A DNA stretch of 37,483 nucleotides from NCBI GenBank assembly GCA_020201365.1, contig JAIVGV010000277.1, positions 1-37,483 on the forward strand. Direction: 5' to 3'. The stretch is from Acidobacteriota bacterium (GTDB lineage Bacteria; Acidobacteriota; Blastocatellia; Pyrinomonadales; Pyrinomonadaceae). The notes beneath the pieces are model-generated. The model had not been told where the DNA came from. It did no database searches and saw only the letters and a program-made list of their open reading frames with translations. The number at the start of each line of letters is the position of its first letter. Within the stretch, counting starts at the first letter, position 1. Positions 8,541-18,486 of the stretch are shown here, piece after piece. A program made the position numbers and the translations under genes.

Positions 8541-9890
8541 ATGCCTTCCAACAGCCACGTCACGGATTACGAGCCGTTGCACCCGCGTCGGCGCGGAGGC
8601 GGGCTCGATGAGCCCGACGCGCTCCGCCCGCGCGCCGTCGTGGTTGATGACGGGGGGCTGTTCGGCGAAGGCGACTCGTTCGCGTCGAGCCGCGCGCGTC
8701 GCGCTGACGGAAGAACTTTCGATCAAGGCGACCAAGTTTCCGATCAGCAGGACGGCGCGGACGCGAAGGATCGCGAGGACGCGCCCGCCCGCGCCGCGCT
8801 CAAGCACGGTCACGCGCTCGCCTACGCCGGGCTCTTCCTCTTCACCTTCGTCGTCTATTTCCGCCCCTACGAGCTCGTCCCCGCGCTCGCGTTCCTCGCG
8901 TCCTCGGTCGCCTTCTCCCTCGCGATCCTCACGCTCCTCATCTACTTCCCGACGCAGCTCGGGCTCGAAGGTAACCTCACCGCCCCCTTGCGCGAGGTGA
9001 AGCTCGCCGCCGCGCTCTGCGTGCTCGCGCTCGCCTCCGTGCCGCTCGCCATCAACCGCGGCGAGGCGTGGGACACTTGGGTTGACTACCTCAAAGTCGT
9101 CCTCATGTTCGTCGTGATGGTCAACGTCATGCGCACCGAGAAGCGGCTGCGTTGGCTTGTGCTGCTGCTGCTCGCGGCGAGCGTCTTCCTGAGCCTCGGC
9201 GCGATCTCCGACTACCGCGCCGGTCGCTTCAACACGGGCGGCGACCGCATCGCGGGCGCGGTCGGCGGCATGTTCGGCAACCCGAACGATCTCGCCATGC
9301 ACCTCGCGACGATGATCCCGCTCGCCTTCACGATGAGCCTCACCGCGCGACCGCTGAAAAAGATCATCTACCTCGCCGCCGCCCTGCTGATGGCGGCCGC
9401 GATCATCTTCACCTTCTCGCGCGGCGGCTTCCTCGGACTCGCCGCCGCCGCGCTCGTGCTCGCCTGGAAGCTCGGTCGCCGCCACCGCGCGGCGGTCGTC
9501 GTCGTCTCAATCGTCGCCGTCGCGTCATTCGTCCTCTTCATGCCGTCCGAGTATTCGGATCGGCTGACGACCATCGTTGACACGGCGCGCGACGTGACGG
9601 GCTCGGCGGGCGCGCGCGAGCAGATACTGATCGTGTCGCTCTCGAACATCGTGCGCCACCCGCTCTTCGGCGTCGGCATGGGCAACTTCCACATCGTCTC
9701 GCTGCACGAGCAGGTGAGCCACAACGCCTACACGCAGGTCGGCGCGGAACTCGGCGTGCCCGCGATGCTCGCCTACCTGCTGTTTCTCCTCGCGCCGTGG
9801 CGACGCCTGCGCCGCGTCGAGCGCGAGACGCTGCCGCTGCGGCGTTCGCGCGACTACTACTGGGCGGTCGGACTTCAAGCCCAACGATGA
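8541..9890 (+). CDS. Second O-antigen ligase / Wzy_C-like polytopic membrane protein
   Basis: About 10 TM helices, FSRGGFLGLAAAALVLAW, and FGVGMGNFH...HNAYTQVGAELGVPAM (Wzy_C signature). It has an ~85-aa charged, non-membrane N-terminal region, so the start is uncertain. Confidence 0.7.
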   Translation: MPSNSHVTDYEPLHPRRRGGGLDEPDALRPRAVVVDDGGLFGEGDSFASSRARRADGRTFDQGDQVSDQQDGADAKDREDAPARAALKHGHALAYAGLFLFTFVVYFRPYELVPALAFLASSVAFSLAILTLLIYFPTQLGLEGNLTAPLREVKLAAALCVLALASVPLAINRGEAWDTWVDYLKVVLMFVVMVNVMRTEKRLRWLVLLLLAASVFLSLGAISDYRAGRFNTGGDRIAGAVGGMFGNPNDLAMHLATMIPLAFTMSLTARPLKKIIYLAAALLMAAAIIFTFSRGGFLGLAAAALVLAWKLGRRHRAAVVVVSIVAVASFVLFMPSEYSDRLTTIVDTARDVTGSAGAREQILIVSLSNIVRHPLFGVGMGNFHIVSLHEQVSHNAYTQVGAELGVPAMLAYLLFLLAPWRRLRRVERETLPLRRSRDYYWAVGLQAQR

Positions 9891-12703
9891 GCGTCGAGAT
9901 CGCTGCCAACATAGTCTTCTGGCTGAGCGCGGCGGCGCTCGCCTACGCCTACCTCGGCTACCCCCTGCTCGTCGCCGCGGTCGCCTCCCTGCGCCCCCGC
10001 TGCGTCCGACGCGACGAAAAATTCTCGCCGCGCGTCTCCGTCGTCATCACCGCCTACAACGAGGAGCGCGACCTCGCCGCCAAACTCGAGAACACGCTCG
10101 CGCTCGACTACCCGAAAGATTTACTCGAAATCATCGTCGCCTCCGACTGCTCGTCCGACCGCACGGACGAGATCGCGCGCTCGTTCGCCGCGCGCGGCGT
10201 GCGACTGCACCGCCAAGCCGAGCGGCGCGGCAAAACGGCGGCGCAGAACGCCGCCGTCGAACTCGCGCGCGGCGACATCATCCTCTTCTCCGACGCCACC
10301 ACGCTCTACCGATCCGACGTGCTGCGCGCGATGCTCCCGAACTTCGCCGACTCGTCAATCGGCTGCGTCGCCGGCCGGCTCATCTACGTTGACCCCGCGC
10401 GGTCGAGCGTCGGGCAGGGCGCGCGCTCCTACTGGGGCTACGAAACTTTCTTGAAGCGCAACGAGAGTCGCGCCTCGTCGCTCATCGGCGTTTCGGGCTG
10501 CCTCTACGCCGTGCGCCGCGACGCATACGTCCCGCTCTACGAGGAGGCGTGCAGCGACTTCATCATCGCCACCAAGATGGTCGAGCAGAACCTGCGCGCC
10601 GTGTACGAGCCCGCAGCCGTCTGCACCGAGGAGACGAACCGGCGCAGCGACAGAGAGATGCGGATGCGCGTCCGCGTCATCACGCAGACCTTCACCGATC
10701 TCTGGCGTCACCGCGCGATGTTGAACCCCCTGCGCGGCGGCTTCTACTCCGTGCAGCTCCTCTCGCACAAAGTCCTGCGCTACCTCGTGCCCGTGTTGCT
10801 CGTCGCCGTCCTCAGCTCTTCCGCCGCGCTCGCGCCGCGCTCCGTCTTCTTCGCGCTCGTCGCCGCGTCGCAGTTACTCTTCTACGCGGCGGCGGTCGCG
10901 TCGCTCCTGCTCGAACGCGCCGGCGTCCACAGCCGACTGCTCGCGCTCCCGCAATACTTCGTCCTCGCCAACGCCGCCGCCCTCGCCGCCTGCTACAAGT
11001 TCGCGCGCGGCGAACGCTACGCCCGCTGGGAGCCGATCCGCGAACAAGCGCACGCGACTGCGAGCGCGACTGCGGACGAAGCGACAGACGACTCGACGCG
11101 CGCGACGACGTTCGACGCGACGGGGGAAACGTCCGTCGAGACGGCGGACGAAACGACGGTCGCCGCGGCGGGTGAGCCGGTTGGCAAGAAAGCGCTGTCG
11201 CTCACGGCGGGCGCGGCGTGGATGATGTTGGCGCGCTCGTTCGCCTTCGCGCTCACGTTCGCCGTGCCGCTGCTGCTCGTGCGCCGGCTGAGCCAGACCG
11301 AGTTCGGTCTCTACAAGCAGATCGTTTTGGTCGTCACGACCGGCGTCATGATCCTCCCGCTCGGCGTCTTCATGAGCGCCTACTACTTCCTGCCGCGCGA
11401 GCGCGAACGCCGACGCCAGATTGTCTGCAACATACTGCTGTTCAACCTCGCGGTCGGGCTCGTCGTCTGCCTGCCGCTCATCACACGTCCGCAACTGCTC
11501 GCCGCGCTCTTGCACAACCCGGAACTGGTCGCGCTCGCGCCGCTCGTCGGCGTCGCACTGCTGCTCTGGATCAACACCTCGACGCTCGAAGCCGTCGCCG
11601 TCGCCAACGGCGAGCTGAAACTCGCCACGCTCTTCATCGTCGCCGATCAGCTCGCCAAAGCCGTGCTGCTCCTCTCCGCCGCGATCCTCTTCGGCACGGT
11701 GCGCGCCGTCGTCCTCGCGATGATCGCGCACGGCGCGTTCGAGTGCGCGCTGCTCCTGGCTTACGTCCGCTCGCGCTTCGGCGCGTTCTGGCGCGGCTTC
11801 GAGTTCGAGACTTTGCGCGCGCAGCTCGCCTACGCGCTGCCGCTCGGCGTCGCGGCGGTCGTCGCCGGAATCTACCTCTACCTCGACAACTACTTCGTCT
11901 CCTACCGCTTCACTCCGGCGGAGTACGCCATCTACGCGACCGGCTGCTTCAACATCCCGCTCGTCGATCTGCTCGCCGCGTCGGTCAACTCCGTGATGAT
12001 CCCGCGCGTCAGCCAACTCCAGAGCGCGGGCGCGCGCCGCGAGATCGTCGTGCTCGTCGCGCGCATGACGCGCAAGCTCGCGGCGTTCAACCTGCCGCTC
12101 TACTTCTTCCTGCTCGTCATGGCGCGCGAATTCATCGTCACGCTCTTCACGACGAACTACCTCGCGAGCCTCCCCATCTTCGTCATCAACATCACGCTCA
12201 TCCCGCTGGGGCTCATCGGCGCGGCATACGATCCCGTCATTCGCGCCTACGCCGAGCACAGATATTTTCTCCTGCGCGTGCGCGTCGTCCTGCTCGCCGC
12301 GCTCGCCGCCGCGCTGTGGTACGTGACGAAAAATTACGGGCTCGTCGGCGCGATCACCGTGATGCTCGCCGTCAACGCGGCGGAGCGTTTCGTCGTCGGC
12401 TGGCGCGTGCGCGGCATCCTCGAAGTCTCCTGGCGTGATCTCCCGCTCTTCAAGGACGTGGGCAAGATCGCCGTCTGCTCGATCCTCGCCGCGAGTGCTG
12501 CGCTCGCCGCGCGCGCCGCGCTCTTCGGCGTCAAGCCGCTCTTCGTGCTCGCCGCGTGCGCCGCCGCGTTCGGCGTCGTTTACGCGGTCGCGCTTCTTCT
12601 GCTCGGCGTGCCTTCGGCGGAAGAGCGCGAAGCCGTCCTGCGCCGCGCGGCACGCCTGCTCAGGCTCGCGCCCACGCGCGGCGCGGTCGATCCCTTGTCG
12701 TGA
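9887..12703 (+). CDS. Fusion protein: N-terminal membrane GT2 glycosyltransferase plus C-terminal Wzx/MOP-type polysaccharide flippase domain
   Basis: ATG 9887 overlaps the upstream TGA (ATGA). GT2 motifs: VSVVITAYNEE, ASDCSSDRT, LFSDAT, VSGCLYAVRR, RMRVRVITQ. An acidic T/A/D/E linker follows (about 11040-11190). Then ~12 TM helices begin AAWMMLARSFAFALTFAVPLLLVRRLSQTEFGLY (polysaccharide-biosynthesis/Wzx-like). There is no stop, and no in-frame ATG/GTG/TTG in the ~40 linker codons read upstream of MM at 11221. Confidence 0.7.
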   Translation: MSVEIAANIVFWLSAAALAYAYLGYPLLVAAVASLRPRCVRRDEKFSPRVSVVITAYNEERDLAAKLENTLALDYPKDLLEIIVASDCSSDRTDEIARSFAARGVRLHRQAERRGKTAAQNAAVELARGDIILFSDATTLYRSDVLRAMLPNFADSSIGCVAGRLIYVDPARSSVGQGARSYWGYETFLKRNESRASSLIGVSGCLYAVRRDAYVPLYEEACSDFIIATKMVEQNLRAVYEPAAVCTEETNRRSDREMRMRVRVITQTFTDLWRHRAMLNPLRGGFYSVQLLSHKVLRYLVPVLLVAVLSSSAALAPRSVFFALVAASQLLFYAAAVASLLLERAGVHSRLLALPQYFVLANAAALAACYKFARGERYARWEPIREQAHATASATADEATDDSTRATTFDATGETSVETADETTVAAAGEPVGKKALSLTAGAAWMMLARSFAFALTFAVPLLLVRRLSQTEFGLYKQIVLVVTTGVMILPLGVFMSAYYFLPRERERRRQIVCNILLFNLAVGLVVCLPLITRPQLLAALLHNPELVALAPLVGVALLLWINTSTLEAVAVANGELKLATLFIVADQLAKAVLLLSAAILFGTVRAVVLAMIAHGAFECALLLAYVRSRFGAFWRGFEFETLRAQLAYALPLGVAAVVAGIYLYLDNYFVSYRFTPAEYAIYATGCFNIPLVDLLAASVNSVMIPRVSQLQSAGARREIVVLVARMTRKLAAFNLPLYFFLLVMAREFIVTLFTTNYLASLPIFVINITLIPLGLIGAAYDPVIRAYAEHRYFLLRVRVVLLAALAAALWYVTKNYGLVGAITVMLAVNAAERFVVGWRVRGILEVSWRDLPLFKDVGKIAVCSILAASAALAARAALFGVKPLFVLAACAAAFGVVYAVALLLLGVPSAEEREAVLRRAARLLRLAPTRGAVDPLS

Positions 12704-12718
12704 GGTGAACTGACCTAG

Positions 12719-14671
12719 ATGTGCGGCATCGCCGGATTCGTGGACGCGGGCGGGCGGCTCTGTGCGGAGGAGCGCGCCGCGCTCGTCGCGCGCATGTGCG
12801 AGGTGATCGCGCACCGCGGACCCGACGAGCAGGGGGCGGAGGTCGTCGGGCAGGCGGCGCTCGGAATGCGTCGGCTGTCGATCATAGACCTCGCCGGAGG
12901 TCACCAGCCGATGCGCGGCTGCGACCCGCGCGTCTCGCTCGTCTTCAACGGCGAGATTTACAACTTCCGCGAGCTGCAGCGCGACCTGGAAGCGCGCGGG
13001 CACAAATTCCACACCCACTCCGACACGGAGACCATCGCGCACGCCTACGAAGAGTACGGCAAGGCTTGCGTCGAACACCTGCGCGGCATGTTCGCCTTCG
13101 CCGTCTGGGACGACTCGAAGCGAGAGCTGTTCGCCGCGCGCGACCGCGCGGGGAAGAAGCCGCTCTATTATTCGTTGACGCCTTCGGGCGCGCTCGTCTT
13201 CGGCTCCGAGTTGAAGTCGCTGTTGCTCCACCCCGAAGTCACGCGCGAAACCAGCCTCGAAGCGCTCGACGCCTATCTCTCATTCGGCTACGTGCCCGAC
13301 CCGCTCTCGATCTTCGTCCGAATCAACAAACTCCCGCCCGGTCACGCGCTCACCTTCGACGGCGCGCGCGCGAGCGTCGAGCAGTATTGGGACTTTCCTT
13401 TCGCGTCCGAAGCGAAGCCGCGAAGCGAGGACGAGTACGTCGCCGAGCTGCGCGAGTTGCTCGACGAAGCCGTGCGCATCCGCCTCGTCGCCGACGTGCC
13501 GCTCGGCGCTTTTCTGTCCGGCGGCGTGGATTCGAGCACGGTCGTGGGCTTGATGGCGCGCCACACGCCACAGCCCGTCAAGACCTTCTCCATCGGCTTC
13601 CGCGAAGACAGCTTCGACGAGCTGAAATACGCGCGCGTCGCCGCCAAGCATTTCGCGACCGACCACCACGAGTTCATCGTCACGCCCGACATCTGCCGCG
13701 TCGTGGACGATCTCGTCTGGCACTTCGACGAGCCGTTCGCCGACTCCTCGTCAATCCCGACGCACGCCGTCTCGCGCCTCGCGCGCGAGCACGTCAAGGT
13801 CGCGCTTTCGGGCGACGGCGGCGACGAGCTGTTCGCGGGCTACACGCGCTACGTCGTTGACCGGCGGCGCGGCTTCTTCGACCGCGTGCCGCGCGCCGTG
13901 CGCGAAGGCTTGATGCTGCCCTTGAGCCGCCGGCTGCCGCACGGCGCGCGGGGGCGCAACTACCTCTACACGAACGCGCACGATCCCACGGGGCGCTACC
14001 TCAACAGCGTCGCCGTCTTCACGCCTCTCAACAAGCGCGCGCTCTACTCGCCGGATTTTCAAAGCGTGCTCGCCGGACGCGCCGACGCCTTCGAGAGCTT
14101 CCGCGAGATCGCGGCGCGCGCGCCCGCGACGGATCAGCTCGCCGCGATGCTCTACCTCGACAGCAAGACCTATCTGCCCGGCGACATCCTGACGAAAGTT
14201 GATCGCATGAGCATGGCGGTCTCGCTCGAAGCGCGCGTGCCGCTCCTCGATCACAAGCTGATGGAGTTCGCCGCGCGCCTGCCCTCGTCGCTGAAGATGC
14301 GCGGGCTCGAAACGAAGCACCTCTTCAAGCGCGCCGTGCGCGGTCTCGTCCCCGACGAGATACTCGACCGCGAGAAGCAGGGCTTCGGCGTCCCCGTCAA
14401 CCGCTGGATCAACGAGGAGCTGCGCGACTACACGCGCGACGTGCTCACCGGCGCGCGCACGCGCTCGCGCGGCTACTTCAACCCACGCTACCTCTCGCTG
14501 CTCTTCGCAGAGCACGAGCGCGGGCGGCGCGACCACTCGACGCAGCTCTGGGCGCTCTTCGTCCTCGAACTCTGGCAGCGCACGTTCATTGACTCCGCGC
14601 CGCCCGAACGCGCGCCCCTGTCCGACGCGCGCGCGCTCGCCGAAGAGACGACCGTCGGCGCGCTCCCGTAA
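12719..14671 (+). CDS. Asparagine synthase family glutamine amidotransferase, paralog 1
   Basis: N-terminal MCGIAGF (class-II GATase nucleophile Cys2), RGPD, RRLSIIDL..GHQPM, FNGEIYN, and PP-loop FLSGGVDSS. Confidence 0.9.
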   Translation: MCGIAGFVDAGGRLCAEERAALVARMCEVIAHRGPDEQGAEVVGQAALGMRRLSIIDLAGGHQPMRGCDPRVSLVFNGEIYNFRELQRDLEARGHKFHTHSDTETIAHAYEEYGKACVEHLRGMFAFAVWDDSKRELFAARDRAGKKPLYYSLTPSGALVFGSELKSLLLHPEVTRETSLEALDAYLSFGYVPDPLSIFVRINKLPPGHALTFDGARASVEQYWDFPFASEAKPRSEDEYVAELRELLDEAVRIRLVADVPLGAFLSGGVDSSTVVGLMARHTPQPVKTFSIGFREDSFDELKYARVAAKHFATDHHEFIVTPDICRVVDDLVWHFDEPFADSSSIPTHAVSRLAREHVKVALSGDGGDELFAGYTRYVVDRRRGFFDRVPRAVREGLMLPLSRRLPHGARGRNYLYTNAHDPTGRYLNSVAVFTPLNKRALYSPDFQSVLAGRADAFESFREIAARAPATDQLAAMLYLDSKTYLPGDILTKVDRMSMAVSLEARVPLLDHKLMEFAARLPSSLKMRGLETKHLFKRAVRGLVPDEILDREKQGFGVPVNRWINEELRDYTRDVLTGARTRSRGYFNPRYLSLLFAEHERGRRDHSTQLWALFVLELWQRTFIDSAPPERAPLSDARALAEETTVGALP

Positions 14672-14677
14672 GAAACC

Positions 14678-15856
14678 TTGAGCTTCAACGTCCTCCAACT
14701 CGTCGGCAGTTTTCACCAGGGCGGCTCCGAGCGGCAGGCTCTGCAACTGGCGCGCCTGCTCGCGGACGAAGCGCGCTGCCGCGTCCACCTCGCCGTGCTC
14801 GACCCCGCGGGCGCGCTGCGCGCCGAAGCCGAAGCGGTCGCGGGCGGCGAGATTCCGGCCTTCCCGCTCACGAGCTTCTACGACGCGAACGCCGCGCGGC
14901 AGCTCCGGCGCTTCGTGAGGCTCCTGCGCGAGCGGGAGATTGACTTGGTGCACACGCACGACTTCTACGGCAACGTCTTCGGCATGGCGGGCGCGGCGCT
15001 CGCCCGCACCCCCGCGCGCGTCGCCTCGAAGCGCGAGACGGCGGGGATGCGCACGCGCGCGCAAGTCGCGGTGCAGCGCGGCGCGTTCGCGCTCGCCGAC
15101 GCCGTCGTCGCCAACTCCGAAGCCGTCCGGCGCGATCTCGAACGCGGGGGCGTCGCCCCGACGAAGATCGTCACGGTTTACAACGGTCTCGATCCGCGCC
15201 GCGTCGCGCCGCCCGAAGGTCTCACGCGCGAGGACGCGCTGGCGTCGTTCGATCTGCCCCGCGACGAAGGTTTGCGCTTCGTCACCATCGTCGCCAACCT
15301 GCGCCATGAGGTGAAGGATCACCCGACGTTCTTGCGCGCCGCGCGCCGCGTCGCGGAGTGCGTGCCGTCGGCGCGCTTCGTCGTCGCGGGCGAGGGCGGG
15401 CTGCTCGAAGAGACGCGCGCTCTCGCCGCCTCGCTCGGTCTCGCGGAAAAAGTTTTCTTCACGGGCAGGTGCGAGCGCGTCGCGGAGCTGCTGTTGGCGT
15501 CGGACGTGTGCGCGCTCTCGTCGCGCGCCGAGGGCTTCTCGAACGCGATCCTCGAATACATGGCGGCGGCTCGCCCCGTCGTCGCGACCGATGTCGGCGG
15601 CGCGCGCGAGGCGATAGTTGAGGGCGAGACGGGCTACGTCGTCGCGGCGGGCGACGACCGCGCGCTGGCTGATCGCATCAGTGCGCTGCTCGAAGACGAC
15701 GAACTCGCGCGGCGTCTGGGCGAGCGCGGGCGCCAAGTCGTCGCCGAAAAATTTTCGTGCGCGGCGCAGGTCGAGCGCACCGGCGCGCTCTACGAGCGGC
15801 TGCTCGCGTCGCGGCGTCGCGCGGCGCGCGGCGTGCTCGCGGAAAAGTTGCGTTGA
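14678..15856 (+). CDS. GT4-family (GT-B) glycosyltransferase
   Basis: LQLVGSFHQGGSERQ N-terminus. C-terminal SSRAEGFSNAILEYMAAARPVVATDVGGAREAIVEGETGYVV (E-x7-E region). TTG start as in the ORF track, 6 nt after the upstream stop. Confidence 0.8.
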   Translation: MSFNVLQLVGSFHQGGSERQALQLARLLADEARCRVHLAVLDPAGALRAEAEAVAGGEIPAFPLTSFYDANAARQLRRFVRLLREREIDLVHTHDFYGNVFGMAGAALARTPARVASKRETAGMRTRAQVAVQRGAFALADAVVANSEAVRRDLERGGVAPTKIVTVYNGLDPRRVAPPEGLTREDALASFDLPRDEGLRFVTIVANLRHEVKDHPTFLRAARRVAECVPSARFVVAGEGGLLEETRALAASLGLAEKVFFTGRCERVAELLLASDVCALSSRAEGFSNAILEYMAAARPVVATDVGGAREAIVEGETGYVVAAGDDRALADRISALLEDDELARRLGERGRQVVAEKFSCAAQVERTGALYERLLASRRRAARGVLAEKLR

Positions 15857-15937
15857 GGCGCGCGCGCTCTAACGCGGCGCGAGGCGCGTTCGCAGGTCCG
15901 AGAACAAATTGAGCGCGGCACGTTCATTACAACTATA

Positions 15938-18472
15938 ATGAGTCTTGCGCGGCGGCGCGCGAGGGGGACGAGTTTGGCGGAGGCGCTCGACAAACTGAGG
16001 AAACTGCGCGGTCGCAGCCTCGCGGAACTGCGCGTGCGCGGCGCGCAGGCGCTCGCAGCCTTCGCCGAGCGCCGCGGCTTCTCAGCGCAGACGCGCCTCG
16101 CGACCGACGCGGAGTTCTTCAAGCAGATCGATCTCGACGCGAACGAAACCCGACGCGCGAACCGCGACTCGCCTGGCGACCCGCGCCGCCCGCGCTCCGC
16201 CGGGGAACTGCTCGCGCACTTCCGCGGGCGCACGAGCCCGCGCTTCTTCGCGTCGTTCGACGACGCGGGCGCGACAGTCGCCGCGTGGCGCGCGCGCTTC
16301 GGCGGCGGGTACGAAAAGTCTCTGGTCGAGCACGCCGAAAGGTTGGTCGCGGGCAGGTTCGATCTCCTCGGACTCCGCGATCTCTCTTTCGGCGATCCCG
16401 TGGACTGGCACGTCGAGCCCGTCTCGGGCAAACGCGCGCCGCTCGCGCACTGGAGCCGCATCAGCTACCTCGATCCGTCGGTCGCGGGCGACAAGAAGTT
16501 CACCTGGGAGCTGAACCGTCACCAGCACTTCCAGACGCTCGGTCGCGCGTACCTCGCGACCGAAGACGAGCGTTACGCCGCGACGTTCGCCGCGCACCTC
16601 GCTTCGTGGATGGACGCGAACCCGCCGAAGCAAGGCATCAACTGGGCGAGCAGCCTCGAAGTCGGCTTCCGCGCGATCTCTTGGCTCTGGGCGCTCCACT
16701 TCTTCCGCGAGTCGCCGCGCCTCACGCCGTCGCTCTTCACGCGCGCGCTCAAGTTCCTCTTCTTACACGCGCGCCATCTCGAAACGTACCTCTCGACCTA
16801 CTTCAGCCCGAACACGCACCTGACGGGCGAGGCGCTCGGACTCTTCTACCTCGGCACGCTCCTGCCCGAACTCGAAGGCGCGTCGCGCTGGCGCGAGACC
16901 GGCAGGCGCGTGCTCACAGAACAACTCGCCCGCCACGTCCGCGCCGACGGCACCTACTTCGAGCAGTCGAGCTACTACCACCGCTACACCGCCGACTTCT
17001 ACACGCACTTCCTCCTGCTCGCGCGCGCGAACGGCGAGGGGGCGGAGACTTACGTCGAGCAGAAACTCGTCGCGCTGCTCGATCACCTGATGCTCGCGAC
17101 GCGCCCCGACGGCACGACGCCGCTCTACGGCGACGACGACGGCGGACGCCTCTCGCAGCTCGAAGAGCTACGAGCGCCGGACGACTTCCGCGCCGCGCTC
17201 TCCGACGGAGCCGCGCTCTTCGCGCGCGCGGACTACAAGTTCGTCGCCGAACAACTTTCTGAAGAGACTCTGTGGCTGCAAGGCTCGCGCGGTGTCGAGA
17301 CCTTCGACTCGCTCGAAGCCGCGCCGCCCGCCCGCGCCTCGTCCGCCTTCGGCGACGGCGGCTACTACGTCATGCGCGACGGCTGGACGCGCCGCGCAAA
17401 CTTCATGCTCCTCGACTGCGGCGCGCACGGCGCGGACAACTGCGGACACGCGCACGCCGACGCGCTCTCCTTCGACGCCGCCGCGCGCGGGCGCACGCTC
17501 CTCGTTGACCCCGGAACCTACACCTACACCGGCGCGAGCGATCTGCGCGACCACTTCCGCTCGACCTCCGCGCACAACGCGCTCACGGTTGACGGCGAGT
17601 CGTCTTCCGTCCCGCGCGGCGCGTTCCACTGGTCGCACGTCGCGCGCGCCTCGGCGCGCCGCTGGACGAGTCGCCCGCGCTTCGACTACTTCGAGGGTGA
17701 GCACGACGGCTTCGCGCGCCTCGCGGGGCAAGAGCGCTACACGCGCGCCGTGCTCTTCGTCAAAAATGATTACTGGATCGTGCGCGACCGCGTGCGCTCT
17801 TCCGCGCCGCACCGCTACGATCTTAACTTCCACCTCGCCGCGGGCACGCGCGCGCGCGTCGAAGGGCGGGAAGGCGCGGACGCCGTGCGCGTCTCGGACT
17901 CAGGCGGCGAAGACTTGCTGACGCTCTGCGCGTTCGGCGGCGACAGCGGGAGTTGGGCGGTCGAGCGGGGTTGGGTCTCGCGCTGCTACGGCGCGCGCGA
18001 GCCCGCGCCCGTCTGCCGCTTCGCCGCGCGCGGCGCGGGCGCGCAGGAGTTCTTCACGTTCGTGCTGCCGCAGGGCGCGCGGAGTGAGAGCGCGACGACG
18101 GTGGAGGGCGTGCGACGCAAGAGCGATGAAGCGCGCGCGGGTGTCTTCGAGTTGCGCCGCGGCGCGGCGTTCGATCTACTGCTCACGCGCGATGGCGGCG
18201 AGATCGCCGGCGACGAAGGGAGTTGCGAAGATGACAGATTGACCTCCGATTTCGCGTGGACGTGGGCGCGCTTCGACGAGGCGGGCGCGCTCGCGGAGAT
18301 GATCTTGATCGAAGGCCGCCGCTGCTCGGTTGACGGGCTGACGATCTTCGAGAGCCGCGAACGGGTCGCGTGCGTCGTCGTCAGTCGAGACGGCGACGAG
18401 TTTGTGGTGGAGACCGACGACGGGCGGAAGAGGATCGCCGCGGGCGAAAGTCTCGCGGGCGTCGGGCGCTGA
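15938..18472 (+). CDS. Heparinase II/III-like / alginate-lyase-fold family protein (polysaccharide lyase or epimerase-like modifier)
   Basis: N-terminal alpha/alpha toroid-like region (KFTWELNRHQHF, INWASSLEVGFRAISWLW). C-terminal CGHAHADALSFD...HNALTVDG is typical of the Hepar_II_III domain. Confidence 0.7.
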   Translation: MSLARRRARGTSLAEALDKLRKLRGRSLAELRVRGAQALAAFAERRGFSAQTRLATDAEFFKQIDLDANETRRANRDSPGDPRRPRSAGELLAHFRGRTSPRFFASFDDAGATVAAWRARFGGGYEKSLVEHAERLVAGRFDLLGLRDLSFGDPVDWHVEPVSGKRAPLAHWSRISYLDPSVAGDKKFTWELNRHQHFQTLGRAYLATEDERYAATFAAHLASWMDANPPKQGINWASSLEVGFRAISWLWALHFFRESPRLTPSLFTRALKFLFLHARHLETYLSTYFSPNTHLTGEALGLFYLGTLLPELEGASRWRETGRRVLTEQLARHVRADGTYFEQSSYYHRYTADFYTHFLLLARANGEGAETYVEQKLVALLDHLMLATRPDGTTPLYGDDDGGRLSQLEELRAPDDFRAALSDGAALFARADYKFVAEQLSEETLWLQGSRGVETFDSLEAAPPARASSAFGDGGYYVMRDGWTRRANFMLLDCGAHGADNCGHAHADALSFDAAARGRTLLVDPGTYTYTGASDLRDHFRSTSAHNALTVDGESSSVPRGAFHWSHVARASARRWTSRPRFDYFEGEHDGFARLAGQERYTRAVLFVKNDYWIVRDRVRSSAPHRYDLNFHLAAGTRARVEGREGADAVRVSDSGGEDLLTLCAFGGDSGSWAVERGWVSRCYGAREPAPVCRFAARGAGAQEFFTFVLPQGARSESATTVEGVRRKSDEARAGVFELRRGAAFDLLLTRDGGEIAGDEGSCEDDRLTSDFAWTWARFDEAGALAEMILIEGRRCSVDGLTIFESRERVACVVVSRDGDEFVVETDDGRKRIAAGESLAGVGR

Positions 18473-18486
18473 AGGTCTAAGAGAGC

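Noticed and set aside
10874-13231. Very long antisense or off-frame ORFs: 10874-13231 (-), 13751-15736 (-), 17986-20223 (-), 20052-21680 (-), 25617-26642 (-), 8223-9485 (-), 771-1808 (-), 122-1366 (+), 12721-13860 (+), and others.
   Set aside because: They are stop-poor shadows expected in very GC-rich DNA. Their translations are Arg/Ala/Asp/Glu/Gly-rich low-complexity sequence with no motifs, and each lies opposite or out of frame to an ORF with clear family signatures and the GC3 bias.
15909-15939. TTGAGC ... perfect TATAAT (15934-15939) upstream of the heparinase-like gene.
   Set aside because: The spacer is 19 nt, and the TATAAT overlaps the ATG (TATAATG), so transcription would start inside the gene. 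This is more likely a chance AT-rich ribosome-loading region within the operon.
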